Shown here one piece after another: positions 8,784-19,321 of a stretch of 64,000 nucleotides of DNA. Source of the stretch: Cypionkella sp. Lineage in GTDB: Bacteria > Pseudomonadota > Alphaproteobacteria > Rhodobacterales > Rhodobacteraceae. Under the pieces are notes generated by a model. The model was not told the origin of the DNA, searched no databases, and saw nothing but the letters and a program-made list of their open reading frames with translations. Each line of letters opens with the position of its first letter. Within the stretch, counting starts at the first letter, position 1. Made by a program: the position numbers and the translations under genes. The stretch covers positions 1,808 to 65,807 of the forward strand of contig JALOTC010000001.1 in NCBI GenBank assembly GCA_025458085.1, in the 5' to 3' direction.

Positions 8784-9479
8784 TCAATCCGGCTGGAGCA
8801 TATAGCCTTCGCCCCGCACGGTTTGCAGGTAGCGGGGCTGTTTCGGATCTTCTTCGATCTTGCGGCGCAGGCGGGTGATCTGGACATCGACCGCGCGTTC
8901 TTGGGCGGCATCGTCGCGCCCGAGATCGGCCACGAGCTTTTCGCGGCTGATCGCATGGCCGGGATGGGCAGAGAAGATGCGCATCAGCGCGGCTTCGGTG
9001 GCGGTCAGGCGGACGGGATCGGGGCCGCGCCAAAGCTCGCCTCTGTCCATGTCATAACGCACGGCGCCAAGGTGCAGCACCTTGGGCGGGGCATCGGCGC
9101 GGACTTGGGGCACGCGGCGCAGGATGGCGTTGATGCGCAGGAGGAGTTCGCGCGGTTCGAACGGTTTGGCGAGGTAGTCATCGGCCCCTGCCTCGAGCCC
9201 TTCGATGCGGCTTTGGGTTTCGCCCTTGGCGGTCAGAAGCAGGATGGGTGTTTGCAGGCGGGTGCGCAATTCGCGGGTGAGCGAGATGCCATCGGTGCCG
9301 GGCATCATCACATCCATGATGACCATATCGAATTCAAGGCCGGACAGGAGGCGGCGGGCCTGATCGCCATCGCGGGCGACAGAGACGAGAAAGCCGTTGC
9401 GGATGAGGAACTTTTGCAAAAGCCCCCGGATCCGTTCGTCATCATCGACGACCAGAAGATGCGCCTGCGGTTCGGTCAT
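8784..9479 (-). CDS. petR: OmpR-family response regulator (PetR)
   Basis: VVDDD, DVMMPG, LTAKG, VDVQITRLRRKIE; follows petP. Confidence 0.85.
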   Translation of the reverse strand: MTEPQAHLLVVDDDERIRGLLQKFLIRNGFLVSVARDGDQARRLLSGLEFDMVIMDVMMPGTDGISLTRELRTRLQTPILLLTAKGETQSRIEGLEAGADDYLAKPFEPRELLLRINAILRRVPQVRADAPPKVLHLGAVRYDMDRGELWRGPDPVRLTATEAALMRIFSAHPGHAISREKLVADLGRDDAAQERAVDVQITRLRRKIEEDPKQPRYLQTVRGEGYMLQPD

Positions 9480-9976
9480 GGGCCGGCCTCCTTCAGCCCC
9501 TGATACTGCTTGCGCTGTTCCGGGTCCATCATCGCCTCGAGCACGGTGCGGAAGCCGGAAACCGCCTGTGGGCCTGCGGCGCGGAAGGCGGCGCGCATCC
9601 GCGCGCGTTGGGCATCGGAGAGTTCGCGTTCAAGTTCCGCGCCCTTTGGCGTCAGGTGCAGGTGGCGTTCGCGTTTGTCGCGGCGGCCGACGCGGGCTTC
9701 GACCAGCCCATCTTCGATGAGGGTGCGCAAGACGCGGTTGAGCGATTGCTTGGTGACGCCAAGGATGGCGAGGAGGTTCGAGACCGTGGTGCCCGGGCTG
9801 CGGTGGATGAAATGGATCGCGCGGTGATGGGCGCGGCCATAATCCATGGTTTCAAGGATGCGGTCGGGATCGGCTGTGAAGCCGCGATAGGCGAAGAACA
9901 TCGCCTCGATCCCCTTGCGGAGCTGTTCGTCGGTCAGGAAAAGCAGGCTTTCGCCGCTGGGGGGTGTTTCTGCCAT
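9476..9976 (-). CDS. petP: MarR-family regulator (PetP)
   Basis: LFLTDEQLRKGIEAMFFAYRGFTADPD, GVTKQSLNRVL winged HTH. Confidence 0.85.
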   Translation of the reverse strand: MAETPPSGESLLFLTDEQLRKGIEAMFFAYRGFTADPDRILETMDYGRAHHRAIHFIHRSPGTTVSNLLAILGVTKQSLNRVLRTLIEDGLVEARVGRRDKRERHLHLTPKGAELERELSDAQRARMRAAFRAAGPQAVSGFRTVLEAMMDPEQRKQYQGLKEAGP

Positions 9977-10001
9977 GGGGCCTCCTGCGCCGGGAATTTA
10001 C

Positions 10002-10040
10002 GTCAGCCTTGTTGACTTTCCAAGAGGCGACTGTTAGCTG
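10002..10040 (+). promoter_or_regulatory. Sigma70-like ilvE promoter (TTGACT-N17-TAGCTG) overlapped by a GTCA-N7-TGAC palindrome
   Basis: Read directly in the petP/ilvE divergent intergenic region. Confidence 0.45.
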
Positions 10041-10115
10041 ACCAGCGGTTTTGCGCAAGATTATGTCCGAGGCGGACCTATCTTGCGCAACAAAGCGAAA
10101 TTTCGGGAGGGTCCC

Positions 10116-10982
10116 ATGGCAGGATATGACGATCGCGACGGGTTCATCTGGATGGACGGCAAGTTGGTGGAGTGGCGTTCGGCGAATGTCCATATCCTGA
10201 CCCATGCGCTGCACTATGCCTCTTCGGTCTTTGAGGGGGAGCGCTGCTATAACGGCAAGATCTTCAAGAGCCGCGAACATTCGGAGCGGCTGCGGATGTC
10301 GGGCGAGTTGCTGGACATGCCGCTGCCCTATTCGGTGGACGAGATCGAGGCGGCGAAGGAAGCCACGTTGAAGGCCAATGGTCTGACCGATGCCTATGTG
10401 CGCGCGATTGCGTGGCGGGGCGCGGGCGAGGATATGGGCGTTGCCTCCAAGCGCAACCCGATCCGCATGGCGGTGGCGGCTTGGACCTGGGGCAATTACT
10501 ATGGCGATGCCAAGTTCAAGGGCGCGAAGTTGGACATCGCCAAATGGCGCCGCCCTGACCCGCTGACCATTCCCCATGCGGCCAAGGCGGCGGGGTTGTA
10601 TATGATTTGCACCATGTCCAAGCATGCGGCAGAGGCCAAGGGCTGTTCGGATGCGATGATGTTCGACTATCGCGGCTATGTGGCCGAGGCGACGGGGGCG
10701 AATATCTTCTTTGTGAAGGATGGCGAGGTGTACACGCCGATTCCCGATGCGATCCTGAACGGGATCACGCGGCAGACGGTGATCGGGATGCTGCGCGATA
10801 TGCAGGTGAAGGTGCATGAGACGCGGATCAAGCCCGAGGATCTGGAAGGCTTCCAAGGCTGTTTCCTGACCGGGACCGCCGCCGAGGTGACGCCGGTGGG
10901 CCAGATTGGTGATTACACCTTTGAAGTGGGCGATCTGGTGAAGCGGGTGGCCACCGAATACGAAAAGATGGTGCGCGCCTGA
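10116..10982 (+). CDS. ilvE: Branched-chain amino acid aminotransferase
   Basis: HALHYASSVFEG, EATGANIF, LNGITR, TGTAAEVTP; GGAGG RBS. Confidence 0.93.
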   Translation: MAGYDDRDGFIWMDGKLVEWRSANVHILTHALHYASSVFEGERCYNGKIFKSREHSERLRMSGELLDMPLPYSVDEIEAAKEATLKANGLTDAYVRAIAWRGAGEDMGVASKRNPIRMAVAAWTWGNYYGDAKFKGAKLDIAKWRRPDPLTIPHAAKAAGLYMICTMSKHAAEAKGCSDAMMFDYRGYVAEATGANIFFVKDGEVYTPIPDAILNGITRQTVIGMLRDMQVKVHETRIKPEDLEGFQGCFLTGTAAEVTPVGQIGDYTFEVGDLVKRVATEYEKMVRA

Positions 10983-11003
10983 GGCTTGCGCCGCCAGAAT
11001 GAC

Positions 11004-11037
11004 AAACGCCCGGGCCAAGGCTCGGGCGTTTTCTTTT
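11004..11037 (+). terminator. Rho-independent terminator after ilvE
   Basis: aaacgcccgggc-caag-gctcgggcgttt hairpin plus T-tract. Confidence 0.75.
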
Positions 11038-11053
11038 GCCAGCCTGGCGGGGC

Positions 11054-11251
11054 TTAGGCCGTGCGTCCGCGTTCGATATTGAGAAAGGCACGCAGGCGGG
11101 CCGTTCCAGAAGCGCTACGCTTGACATGAAAGATTTCGCGCGGGCGGCGGGCGAGTTTCAGGAAATGGGCCGTGCGTGCGCCTGTGCTGGGGGCGCGGTG
11201 ATCGGCGAGGTGGCGGCCTTCGGTTTGGCCTTGAATGGGCTGGTGGTGCAT
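11054..11251 (-). CDS. Small basic hypothetical protein (65 aa)
   Basis: AGGAGG RBS 5 nt before the ATG; third codon positions mostly C/G; fills the queG-ilvE gap. Confidence 0.55.
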   Translation of the reverse strand: MHHQPIQGQTEGRHLADHRAPSTGARTAHFLKLARRPREIFHVKRSASGTARLRAFLNIERGRTA

Positions 11252-11302
11252 CGAAGCCTCCTGTGGTTCGGGAAGGCAGGGTAGCGGGATGACCCCCGCG
11301 AG

Positions 11303-12376
11303 TCACGCCGCGGGTGCAGCATGGAGGCGAGAGAGCGCCCAAGTGGCAGCCTCGGCCACAGTGGCATCGGGGTCGGTGGTGAGCGCCAAGGCGGCGGGGA
11401 TCAGGGCCGCGTCGCCCGAATTCCCGATGGCGTAGAGCACGTTGCGGACAAAGCGGTTGCGCCCGATGCGCTTGATCGGGCTGCCCGCGAAACGGGCGCG
11501 AAAGGCGGCATCGTCGAGTGCTGCCAGTTCAGCCAGGGGCGGCGCGCCGTGGCGGGCGGCATAGCCGATGTCGCGCGCGGCTGCCGCGAATTTGTTCCAC
11601 GGGCAGATGGCGAGGCAATCGTCGCAGCCGTAGATTCGGTTGCCCATAAGGGGGCGGAGGTCCGGGTCTACCGGGCCGTGATGTTCGATGGTGAGGTAGG
11701 AAATGCAGCGCCGCGCGTCGAGTTGGTAGGGCGCGGGGAAGGCGTTTGTCGGGCAGATATCAAGGCAGGCGGTGCAGGTGCCGCAATGGCCGTGTTCAGG
11801 CGCATCAGGCGGCAGGTCCAGCGTGGTGAAGATCGCGCCGAGGAAGAACCAGTTGCCCAAATCGCGCGACAAAAGATTGGTGTGCTTGCCCTGCCAGCCC
11901 AAGCCCGCCGCTTGGGCGAGTGGTTTTTCCATGACGGGGGCGGTGTCGACAAAGACCTTGATTTGGGGGGCCGTGCCATCGTGGCGGGCGGTATCGATCA
12001 GCCAGCGGCCAAGGCGTTTCAGGCGGCGTTTCACGAGATCGTGGTAATCCTTGCCTTGGGCATAGGCAGAGATGACGCCGCGATCGCGCAGCGCGAGAAG
12101 CGGCAGGGGGTTTTCCGCGGGCGTGTAGCTTTCGGCCAGCATGATGACGGAGCGCGCCTCGGGCCAGAGGGCGGCGGGGTTGCCGCGCCAGTGGCTGCGC
12201 TCCTCCAGCCAAGCCATTTGGCCGTGGCGGCCTTGCGCGAGGAAGGCAGCGAGGCGGCTTGCGGCTTCGGGGATGGCATCGGGGGTGGTGATGCGCAGGG
12301 CCGAGAAGCCTTCGGCCTGTGATTGGGCGAGAAGGCGGGATTTCAGATCGGCTGTGCGCTGTGCGGGGCTGGGCAT
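11303..12376 (-). CDS. queG: Epoxyqueuosine reductase
   Basis: [44 protein letters not shown]. Confidence 0.93.
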   Translation of the reverse strand: MPSPAQRTADLKSRLLAQSQAEGFSALRITTPDAIPEAASRLAAFLAQGRHGQMAWLEERSHWRGNPAALWPEARSVIMLAESYTPAENPLPLLALRDRGVISAYAQGKDYHDLVKRRLKRLGRWLIDTARHDGTAPQIKVFVDTAPVMEKPLAQAAGLGWQGKHTNLLSRDLGNWFFLGAIFTTLDLPPDAPEHGHCGTCTACLDICPTNAFPAPYQLDARRCISYLTIEHHGPVDPDLRPLMGNRIYGCDDCLAICPWNKFAAAARDIGYAARHGAPPLAELAALDDAAFRARFAGSPIKRIGRNRFVRNVLYAIGNSGDAALIPAALALTTDPDATVAEAATWALSRLHAAPAA

Positions 12377-12485
12377 GGCGCGAGGATAGGCAAGCAGGCG
12401 GCGCTGCGCCATGGGGCTTTGCCTTTCCACTTCATTCCTTGGCGGGATTATCCTAAACCCGCGCAAGCAATCGGAGGCGCGCCCC

Positions 12486-13586
12486 ATGAGTTTCAACACC
12501 TTTGGCCATCTGTTCCGCGTGACGACCTGGGGCGAAAGCCATGGGCCGGCGATTGGCTGCACGGTGGACGGCTGCCCGCCGGGCGTGGTGTTGTCGGAGG
12601 AGGTGATCCAGCCGTGGCTGGAACGGCGCAAGCCCGGCACATCGAAATTCACCACGCAGCGGAAGGAACCCGATGCGGTGCGCATCCTTTCGGGTGTGTT
12701 CGAGGGCAAGACGACCGGGACGCCGATTCAGTTGATGATCGAGAATACGGATCAGCGGTCCAAGGATTACGGGGATATTGCCCAGAGCTTCCGGCCCGGA
12801 CATGCCGATATCACCTATCACCAGAAATACGGCATCCGCGATTATCGCGGGGGTGGGCGGTCCAGCGCGCGGGAAACGGCGGCGCGGGTGGCTGCCGGGG
12901 GCGTGGCGCGGGCGGCGCTGGCGGCGCTTGTGCCGGGGCTGCGGATCACCGGCTATATGGTGCAGATGGGGCCGCATCGGATTGACCGGGCGCGGATGGA
13001 TCTGGGCGTAGTGGAGGAAAACCCCTTCTGGTGCCCTGATCCGGTCGCAGCAGAGGATTGGGCGGTGTATCTGGATGGTCTGCGGCTGAGCCATAATTCG
13101 GTGGGTGCGGTGATCGAGGTGGTGGCCGAAGGCGTGCCGGCCGGTCTTGGCGCGCCACTTTATGCCAAGCTCGACAGCGATCTGGCGGCGGCGATGATGA
13201 CGATCAACGCGGTGAAAGGCGTGGAGATCGGCGATGGGTTCGATGCGGCTGCGCTGACCGGGGTGGAAAACGCCGATGAGATTCGGATGGGGCCGGAGGG
13301 TCCGGAGTTCCTGTCGAACCATGCGGGCGGGATTTTGGGCGGGATTTCCACAGGGCAGCCGGTGGTGTGCCGGTTTGCGGTGAAGCCGACCTCGTCCATC
13401 CTGACGCCACGGCAGACGGTGAACCAACGGGGCGAGGAGATCGACCTGATCACAAAGGGCCGCCATGACCCCTGCGTGGGGATTCGCGCGGTGCCGGTGG
13501 GCGAGGCGATGATGGCCTGTGTCCTGCTTGACCATCTGTTGATGGACCGGGGCCAGACCGGCGGGGTCCGTGGCGTGATCGGCTGA
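12486..13586 (+). CDS. aroC: Chorismate synthase
   Basis: [29 protein letters not shown]. Confidence 0.97.
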   Translation: MSFNTFGHLFRVTTWGESHGPAIGCTVDGCPPGVVLSEEVIQPWLERRKPGTSKFTTQRKEPDAVRILSGVFEGKTTGTPIQLMIENTDQRSKDYGDIAQSFRPGHADITYHQKYGIRDYRGGGRSSARETAARVAAGGVARAALAALVPGLRITGYMVQMGPHRIDRARMDLGVVEENPFWCPDPVAAEDWAVYLDGLRLSHNSVGAVIEVVAEGVPAGLGAPLYAKLDSDLAAAMMTINAVKGVEIGDGFDAAALTGVENADEIRMGPEGPEFLSNHAGGILGGISTGQPVVCRFAVKPTSSILTPRQTVNQRGEEIDLITKGRHDPCVGIRAVPVGEAMMACVLLDHLLMDRGQTGGVRGVIG

Positions 13587-13592
13587 GGCGGG

Positions 13593-14459
13593 TTATTCGG
13601 CAGCCAGCGGAAGGCTGCTGAGGCGGCCGATTTCGGTGATCTCGGCAATCACGCCTTCGAGCAGGGCGCGGAAGGCCTCGAAATCGGCGGATTTGCTGAT
13701 GGTCTGTTCATCCATATAGAGCGCGCGGTCGATTTCGACCTGTACCGCGTGGTGCCCGCGCGAGGGGCGGCCATAGGTTTGGGTGATATGCGCCCCGGCA
13801 AAGGGGGCATTGCGGCTGACCCTTAGCCCCGCGCGGGTGAAGGCGGCTTCGACCTTGTCCATCACATCGCGGCCTGCGGCAGCACCGAATCGGTCGCCCA
13901 GCACGACTTCGGGGCGGGATGTGCCGGGGCGGGCATGGGCTTCGATCGCCTCATGCGGCATGGAATGGCAATCGATCAGGACGGCTTGGCCAAAGCGGGC
14001 ATGGGTGGCGGCCATCAGCGCGTCAAGCCGGGCGTGATAGGGGCGCCAGTGACGGTCGAGCCGGTCTTCGGCTTCGTCGCGCGAGAGTTTGCCGCGATAG
14101 ATGGCACGGCCCCCGGCGACGACGCGGGGAATCACCCCAAGGCCAGAGGCGACGCGGGGGTTATGGGCGCTGCGGGGCAGGCCTTCGATCACGGCGGGGT
14201 CGAGTTCTTCGGGCGCGCGGTTGAGGTCCACGAAGGCGCGCGGCGCGCGGGCGGCGATCAGGGGCGCGCCATGCCGAGGCGCGGCGGCGAAGAGGTCGTC
14301 GACGAAAGCGTCTTCGGAGGAGCGAATGGCCAGCGGGTCCAGCACGCTGGAGGCGAGGAAGGCAGGCGGATAGGCCCGGCCACTATGGGGCGAGGAGAAC
14401 ACGACAGGCGTGTCCTGCTGCGCGGGCAGGGTGAGGATATAGGCGTCGCTCTGCATCAT
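13593..14459 (-). CDS. N-formylglutamate amidohydrolase family protein
   Basis: SPHSGRAYP, EDAFVD, DLNR, DCHSM, QVEIDRALY. Confidence 0.88.
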   Translation of the reverse strand: MMQSDAYILTLPAQQDTPVVFSSPHSGRAYPPAFLASSVLDPLAIRSSEDAFVDDLFAAAPRHGAPLIAARAPRAFVDLNRAPEELDPAVIEGLPRSAHNPRVASGLGVIPRVVAGGRAIYRGKLSRDEAEDRLDRHWRPYHARLDALMAATHARFGQAVLIDCHSMPHEAIEAHARPGTSRPEVVLGDRFGAAAGRDVMDKVEAAFTRAGLRVSRNAPFAGAHITQTYGRPSRGHHAVQVEIDRALYMDEQTISKSADFEAFRALLEGVIAEITEIGRLSSLPLAAE

Positions 14460-14585
14460 GCCTCCTTGATGGGGATGTTATAGCGGGATTTGGGGGATTG
14501 CCAAAAGTCCTTGCGGACAGGAAGAGGCTTTGGGTCTTGCTCTTGTTTCGTGCGGCCTTGCGGCGATTTCGGGGGGCAAACCCCC

Positions 14586-14614
14586 TTGCGGGCGGGAAAG
14601 ACTCTGTCTATAGA
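14586..14614 (+). promoter_or_regulatory. Sigma70-like promoter of tRNA-Val
   Basis: TTGCGG-N17-TATAGA followed by a GC-rich discriminator. Confidence 0.5.
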
Positions 14615-14677
14615 CGCCCGCACACCGACGCGGAGCCCCTGTCCTATGGGGATTTGGGATTGCGCGCTGGCCAAAGT

Positions 14678-14752
14678 GGGCGGTTAGCTCAGCGGTAGAG
14701 CACTACGTTGACATCGTAGTGGCCACTGGTTCGATCCCAGTACCGCCCACCA
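14678..14752 (+). tRNA. tRNA-Val(GAC)
   Basis: GGGCGGT acceptor stem, AGCTCAGCGGTAGAGC D-arm, ctacg-TTGACAT-cgtag anticodon arm, GGTTCGATCC T-loop, encoded CCA end. Confidence 0.97.
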
Positions 14753-14811
14753 TTCACCGCCCCCGTTCGCGGGGGCAATTGTTTTCATCTGGCGCGTGAT
14801 GCGCCGCGACA

Positions 14812-14931
14812 GTTGCCAACTCGCTTCGTTCGCTGAAGACGCGTCACCGCGATTGCCAGATCGTGCGCCGCAAGGGCCGCGTCTATGTGATCAACAAGAC
14901 GCAGAAGCGTTACAAGGCCCGTCAGGGCTGA
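14812..14931 (+). CDS. rpmJ: 50S ribosomal protein L36 (41-aa YkgO-like type); start codon and RBS missing as sequenced
   Basis: [39 protein letters not shown]; in-frame TGA at 14797 and no in-frame ATG. Confidence 0.9.
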   Translation, partial: VANSLRSLKTRHRDCQIVRRKGRVYVINKTQKRYKARQG

Positions 14932-14953
14932 TCCCAGTTTGGGATGAGGGATA

Positions 14954-14990
14954 GGGGCCGCTGCGGGAAACCGGGCGGCCCTTTCCTTTT
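14954..14990 (+). terminator. Terminator after rpmJ
   Basis: gggccgc...gcggccc stem followed by tttcctttt. Confidence 0.55.
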
Positions 14991-15074
14991 GCCGTGGCCT
15001 TGTGTTGCGCGGTCTTGGGGCTTGGACCTGCCCGCGCGGGGCGATAAAAGCAGGGCAACTGCGAAGGAGCCAAG

Positions 15075-15680
15075 ATGCGACTGTTTCATTCCCCGACCTC
15101 TCCCTATGTGCGCAAGGTTCTGGTCCTGATGGCCGAGGCCGGGATCGGCGGGGTGGAGTTGGTGGCGGCCTCTGGCACGCCGGTGGCCCCCGATGCGGGA
15201 GTGATCGAACGCAACCCTTTGGGCAAGATTCCGGCACTGTGCCGCGAGGATGGGCCGACGCTTTATGACAGCCGGGTGATCTGTCAGTTCCTCGATTCGC
15301 AGGCGGGGGGGCGGTTTTATCCGGCTGGCGCGCGGAGGTGGGATACGCTGACGGTGGAGGCCACGGCGGATGGTATCCTCGATGCCGCGATTCTGATGGT
15401 TTATGAGACGCGCATCCGGCCGGAGGACAAGCGCTATGCCCCTTGGGTCGAGGGGCAATGGGCCAAGGTGGACCGGGCGCTGGATGTGCTGGAAAACCGC
15501 TGGATCGACCATCTGAACGGGCCGATGGACATGGGCCAGATCGCCACGGCCTGTGCGCTGGGCTATCTGGACTTCCGCCATGCAAGCCGGGAGTGGCGCA
15601 AGGGCAGGCCCAAGCTTGCCGCCTGGTATGATACCTTTGCGCGCCGCCCGTCGATGCAGGCGACGATTCCGCAGGGCTGA
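15075..15680 (+). CDS. Glutathione S-transferase family protein
   Basis: SPTSPYVRKV, NPLGKIPAL, DSRVIC. Confidence 0.9.
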   Translation: MRLFHSPTSPYVRKVLVLMAEAGIGGVELVAASGTPVAPDAGVIERNPLGKIPALCREDGPTLYDSRVICQFLDSQAGGRFYPAGARRWDTLTVEATADGILDAAILMVYETRIRPEDKRYAPWVEGQWAKVDRALDVLENRWIDHLNGPMDMGQIATACALGYLDFRHASREWRKGRPKLAAWYDTFARRPSMQATIPQG

Positions 15681-15681
15681 T

Positions 15682-16323
15682 GTGACGCTCGCGCTGTCGC
15701 TGGGAGATTTTCTGCCGGTCTGGGGCTTTCTGGCGGCGAATATCGTGACGCCGGGGCCGAATGTGCTGACCACCATCGCGCTGTCGATGGGGTCGGGGCG
15801 GCGGGCAGGGCTGGGCTCTGCGCTGGGCGTGGGCTTGGGGATTTCGTGGTGGTGTCTGGGCACGACCTTGGGCATGTCGGCGATTCTGCGGGTGCTGCCG
15901 GGGGTGGAGCAGGTGCTGACGCTGGCGGCGGTGGGGCTGCTGTGCTGGTTTGCCTTTCGCTATTTCCGCGCCGCTTGGGGCGGGTTTCGGGCGCGGGCGA
16001 TGCGTTTGCCTGCGCAGAGCGAGGGCGTGAGCTTTGCCGGGGGATTCCGGCGGGCCATCCTGATCAATGCGGTAAATCCCAAGGCGCTGACCACATGGCT
16101 GGCGATTCTGGGGCTTTTCCCCGTGGCGCGGGCCGGGGGGGCGGATATCGCGCTTTTGTGTCTGGGGGCCTGTGCTTTGTCTTTTGGCATCCATTCAGCC
16201 TATGCTCTGGCCTTTTCCAGCCCCGCTGCGGCGCGGGCCTATCTGCGGGCGGGATGGCTTTTGCAGGGCTTGGCCGGGGCCTTGTTCGCGGGCTTTGCGC
16301 TACGACTTGTCGCAGGCACTTGA
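15682..16323 (+). CDS. LysE-family translocator
   Basis: TPGPN motif, NPKA motif, multiple TM helices. Confidence 0.85.
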   Translation: MTLALSLGDFLPVWGFLAANIVTPGPNVLTTIALSMGSGRRAGLGSALGVGLGISWWCLGTTLGMSAILRVLPGVEQVLTLAAVGLLCWFAFRYFRAAWGGFRARAMRLPAQSEGVSFAGGFRRAILINAVNPKALTTWLAILGLFPVARAGGADIALLCLGACALSFGIHSAYALAFSSPAAARAYLRAGWLLQGLAGALFAGFALRLVAGT

Positions 16324-16539
16324 CCTCGTAAAACGCCAACGCACCTTGGTGATGCGGCAAAGCGCGCCTTTTGGGTCGTTTCGTCATATTACAACGCATT
16401 TCGGGCTGATTGTGCCCCTTTGTCCGCTGGACGCGGGGGCTGTCCTTGTCTAAAAGCCGCCCGGCAGGGTGATGGGCGACCATCGCCACCGTAAGCATAT
16501 GGGTCGCAGCCCACGCGGCCCCGGAAGGGAGAAGATCTC

Positions 16540-17103
16540 GTGTCCCACGCTGAAGAAAACGCAGGCACTCGCAGGGATTTCCTGTATTACGCCACCGCAG
16601 GGGCCGGGGCTGTTGCCACCGGTGCCGCCGTCTGGCCGCTTGTGAACCAGATGAACCCCTCGGCCGATGTTCAGGCGCTGTCGTCGATTTTCGTCGACAT
16701 CTCTGCCGTCGAACCGGGCACCCAATTGACCGTCAAATTCCTTGGCAAGCCCGTCTTTGTGCGGCGCCGGACGCCCGAGGAGATTGAAGCCGCCCGCGCG
16801 ACCACGCTGGACGAGCTTTCGATCGACCGGTCGTCGCAGAACCCCAACAAGCCCGGCACCGATGCGCTGGACCAGAACCGCACGCTGGATGAAGCGGGCG
16901 AGTGGCTGGTGATGATCGGCGTCTGCACCCATCTGGGCTGTGTGCCCATGGGCAATGGCGCGGGCGAATTCGGGGGCTGGTTCTGCCCTTGCCACGGGTC
17001 GCACTACGACGCTTCGGGCCGTATCCGCAAAGGGCCGGCCCCGCGCAACCTCGACATCCCGGTGGTGTCCTTGGTTGACGAAACCACGATCAAGCTCGGC
17101 TGA
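16540..17103 (+). CDS. petA: Ubiquinol-cytochrome c reductase Rieske subunit
   Basis: Tat TRRDFL, CTHLGC, CPCHGS. Confidence 0.97.
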   Translation: MSHAEENAGTRRDFLYYATAGAGAVATGAAVWPLVNQMNPSADVQALSSIFVDISAVEPGTQLTVKFLGKPVFVRRRTPEEIEAARATTLDELSIDRSSQNPNKPGTDALDQNRTLDEAGEWLVMIGVCTHLGCVPMGNGAGEFGGWFCPCHGSHYDASGRIRKGPAPRNLDIPVVSLVDETTIKLG

Positions 17104-17114
17104 GGTAACGAAGA

Positions 17115-18452
17115 ATGGCTGGAATTCCGCACGACCATTACGAGCCCAAGTCGGGCTTTGAGAAGTGGCTTCACAAGCGCCTGCCCATCGTGGGGCTGGC
17201 CTATGACACGCTGATGCTGCCCACGCCCAAGAACCTGAACTGGATGTGGATCTGGGGCATCGTTCTGACCTTCTGCCTTGGCTTGCAGATTGTCACCGGC
17301 ATCATCCTTGTGATGCATTATACCCCGCATGTGGACCATGCCTTTGCATCGGTTGAACATATCATGCGCAACGTGAATGGCGGGTACATGATCCGCTATC
17401 TGCACCAGAACGGCGCGTCGCTGTTCTTCATCGCGGTCTATCTGCATATCTTCCGTGGTCTGTACTACGGGTCCTATAAGGCCCCGCGGGAAGTGACCTG
17501 GATCATCGGGATGCTGATTTACCTGCTGATGATGGGCACGGCCTTCATGGGTTATGTTCTGCCCTGGGGTCAGATGTCGTTCTGGGGTGCAACCGTGATC
17601 ACCGGCCTGTTCGGCGCGATCCCCGGCATCGGCGGTGCGATCCAGACCTGGCTTCTGGGCGGCCCGGCGGTGGACAACGCCACGCTGAACCGCTTCCTGT
17701 CGCTGCACTACCTGCTGCCCTTCGTGATTGCCGCGCTGGTCGCGCTGCATATCTGGGCCTTCCACACCACGGGGAACAACAACCCGACCGGCGTGGAAGT
17801 GCGCCGTGGCAGCAAGGAAGAGGCGGAGAAGGACACCGTTCCCTTCTGGCCCTACTACGTGATCAAGGACCTGTTCGCGCTGGCCGTGATTCTGGCCGTG
17901 TTCTTTGCGGTCGTGGGCTTCATGCCCAACTATCTGGGCCACCCGGACAACTATATCGAAGCGAACCCGCTGGCGACGCCCGCGCATATCGTGCCGGAGT
18001 GGTACTTCCTGCCCTTCTACGCGATCCTGCGCGCCTTTGACTCCGAAGTCTGGCTGGTGATCGCGGTGCAGTGGCTGACCTTTGGCATCGTGGACGCCAA
18101 GTTCTTTGGCGTGTTGGCGATGTTTGGCGCGATTGCTGTCATGGCGCTGGCGCCGTGGCTGGACACCTCCTCTGTGCGGTCGGGCCGCTATCGCCCGATG
18201 TTCAAGTGGTGGTTCGCGCTTTTGGTCGTGGACTTCATGGTGCTGATGTGGGTGGGTGCGATGCCGGCGGAGGGGATCTATCCCTATATCGCGCTGATCG
18301 CCTCGACCTATTGGTTCGCCTATTTCCTCGTGATCCTGCCGCTGCTGGGCGTGATCGAAAAGCCGCTGCCGCAGCCTGCGACGATCGAGGAAGACTTCAA
18401 TGCCCACTACGGCAAGCCCTCTGCCTCGGCAGCGGCGCAACCGGCCGAGTGA
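17115..18452 (+). CDS. petB: Cytochrome b
   Basis: PEWY motif, [18 protein letters not shown]. Confidence 0.98.
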   Translation: MAGIPHDHYEPKSGFEKWLHKRLPIVGLAYDTLMLPTPKNLNWMWIWGIVLTFCLGLQIVTGIILVMHYTPHVDHAFASVEHIMRNVNGGYMIRYLHQNGASLFFIAVYLHIFRGLYYGSYKAPREVTWIIGMLIYLLMMGTAFMGYVLPWGQMSFWGATVITGLFGAIPGIGGAIQTWLLGGPAVDNATLNRFLSLHYLLPFVIAALVALHIWAFHTTGNNNPTGVEVRRGSKEEAEKDTVPFWPYYVIKDLFALAVILAVFFAVVGFMPNYLGHPDNYIEANPLATPAHIVPEWYFLPFYAILRAFDSEVWLVIAVQWLTFGIVDAKFFGVLAMFGAIAVMALAPWLDTSSVRSGRYRPMFKWWFALLVVDFMVLMWVGAMPAEGIYPYIALIASTYWFAYFLVILPLLGVIEKPLPQPATIEEDFNAHYGKPSASAAAQPAE

Positions 18453-18469
18453 GAAAGGAACTGACGGAA

Positions 18470-19258
18470 ATGTTCAGGAAAATCGCACTCTCTGCTGTTG
18501 CGGCGCTGGCGGTGACCAGTGGGGCCGCGCTGGCTGCGGGCAAGGCGGGCCATGTCGAGGATATCGACTTTGCCCATGAAGGCCCGTTTGGCCGGTTCGA
18601 CCAGATGCAGCTTCAGCGGGGCCTTCAGGTCTATACCGAGGTCTGCGCAGCCTGCCACGGGTTGAAATTCGTGCCGATCCGCACGCTGGCCGATGAAAAC
18701 GGCCCGCAGCTTCCGGCCGATCAGGTTCGCGCCTATGCCGCGGGCCTGTTGGAAGTGGATCTGCCCAATGGCGAAACCCGTCCGCGGGAATGGACCGACC
18801 ATTTCCCGATGTCGGGCATGGAAAACGCCCCGGACCTGAGCCTGATGGCGAAGGCACGGGCCGGGTTCAGCGGGCCTTATGGGCTGGGCATCAACCAGTT
18901 CTTCCGCGGGATGGGCGGGCCGGAGTATATCTACTCCATCCTGACCGGCTATACCGGCGAGGAGAAGGAAGAGGCTGGCACGCTGTTCTATGGCAACGAG
19001 GCCTTCCCCGGTGGCTGGATCGCGATGGGTCCGCCGCTGATGGAGGATCTTGTGACCTATGCCGATGGCACCCCTGCCACGGTGGAAAACATGGCCGAGG
19101 ATGTGGCGTCGTTCCTGATGTGGACGGCGGAGCCGAAGCTGATGGATCGCCGCGAGGCGGGCTTTACGGCGGTGATCTTCCTCGCCGTGCTGTCGACCCT
19201 GCTTTACCTGACCAACAAGAAACTGTGGTCGGGTGTGAAGGGCCGCAAGGTCGCCTGA
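18470..19258 (+). CDS. petC: Cytochrome c1
   Basis: Signal peptide, QRGLQVY..CAACH, C-terminal TM helix. Confidence 0.96.
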   Translation: MFRKIALSAVAALAVTSGAALAAGKAGHVEDIDFAHEGPFGRFDQMQLQRGLQVYTEVCAACHGLKFVPIRTLADENGPQLPADQVRAYAAGLLEVDLPNGETRPREWTDHFPMSGMENAPDLSLMAKARAGFSGPYGLGINQFFRGMGGPEYIYSILTGYTGEEKEEAGTLFYGNEAFPGGWIAMGPPLMEDLVTYADGTPATVENMAEDVASFLMWTAEPKLMDRREAGFTAVIFLAVLSTLLYLTNKKLWSGVKGRKVA

Positions 19259-19282
19259 TCCTTGGTCTTACGGATGAGATGG

Positions 19283-19309
19283 AAAACCCCGCCTTTGGCG
19301 GGGTTTTTT
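19283..19309. terminator. Bidirectional terminator between petC and thiQ
   Basis: aaaaccccgcc-ttt-ggcggggtttttt. Confidence 0.85.
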
Positions 19310-19321
19310 CTTGCGCATCGC

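Noticed and set aside
14678-14800. tRNA-Val as a prophage or island integration site
   Set aside because: No integrase and no duplicated tRNA 3' end found; the flanks are core genes.
16324-16539. Possible RegA/PrrA site upstream of petA (GCGGC...GCGC)
   Set aside because: The match is too degenerate in GC-rich DNA to support.
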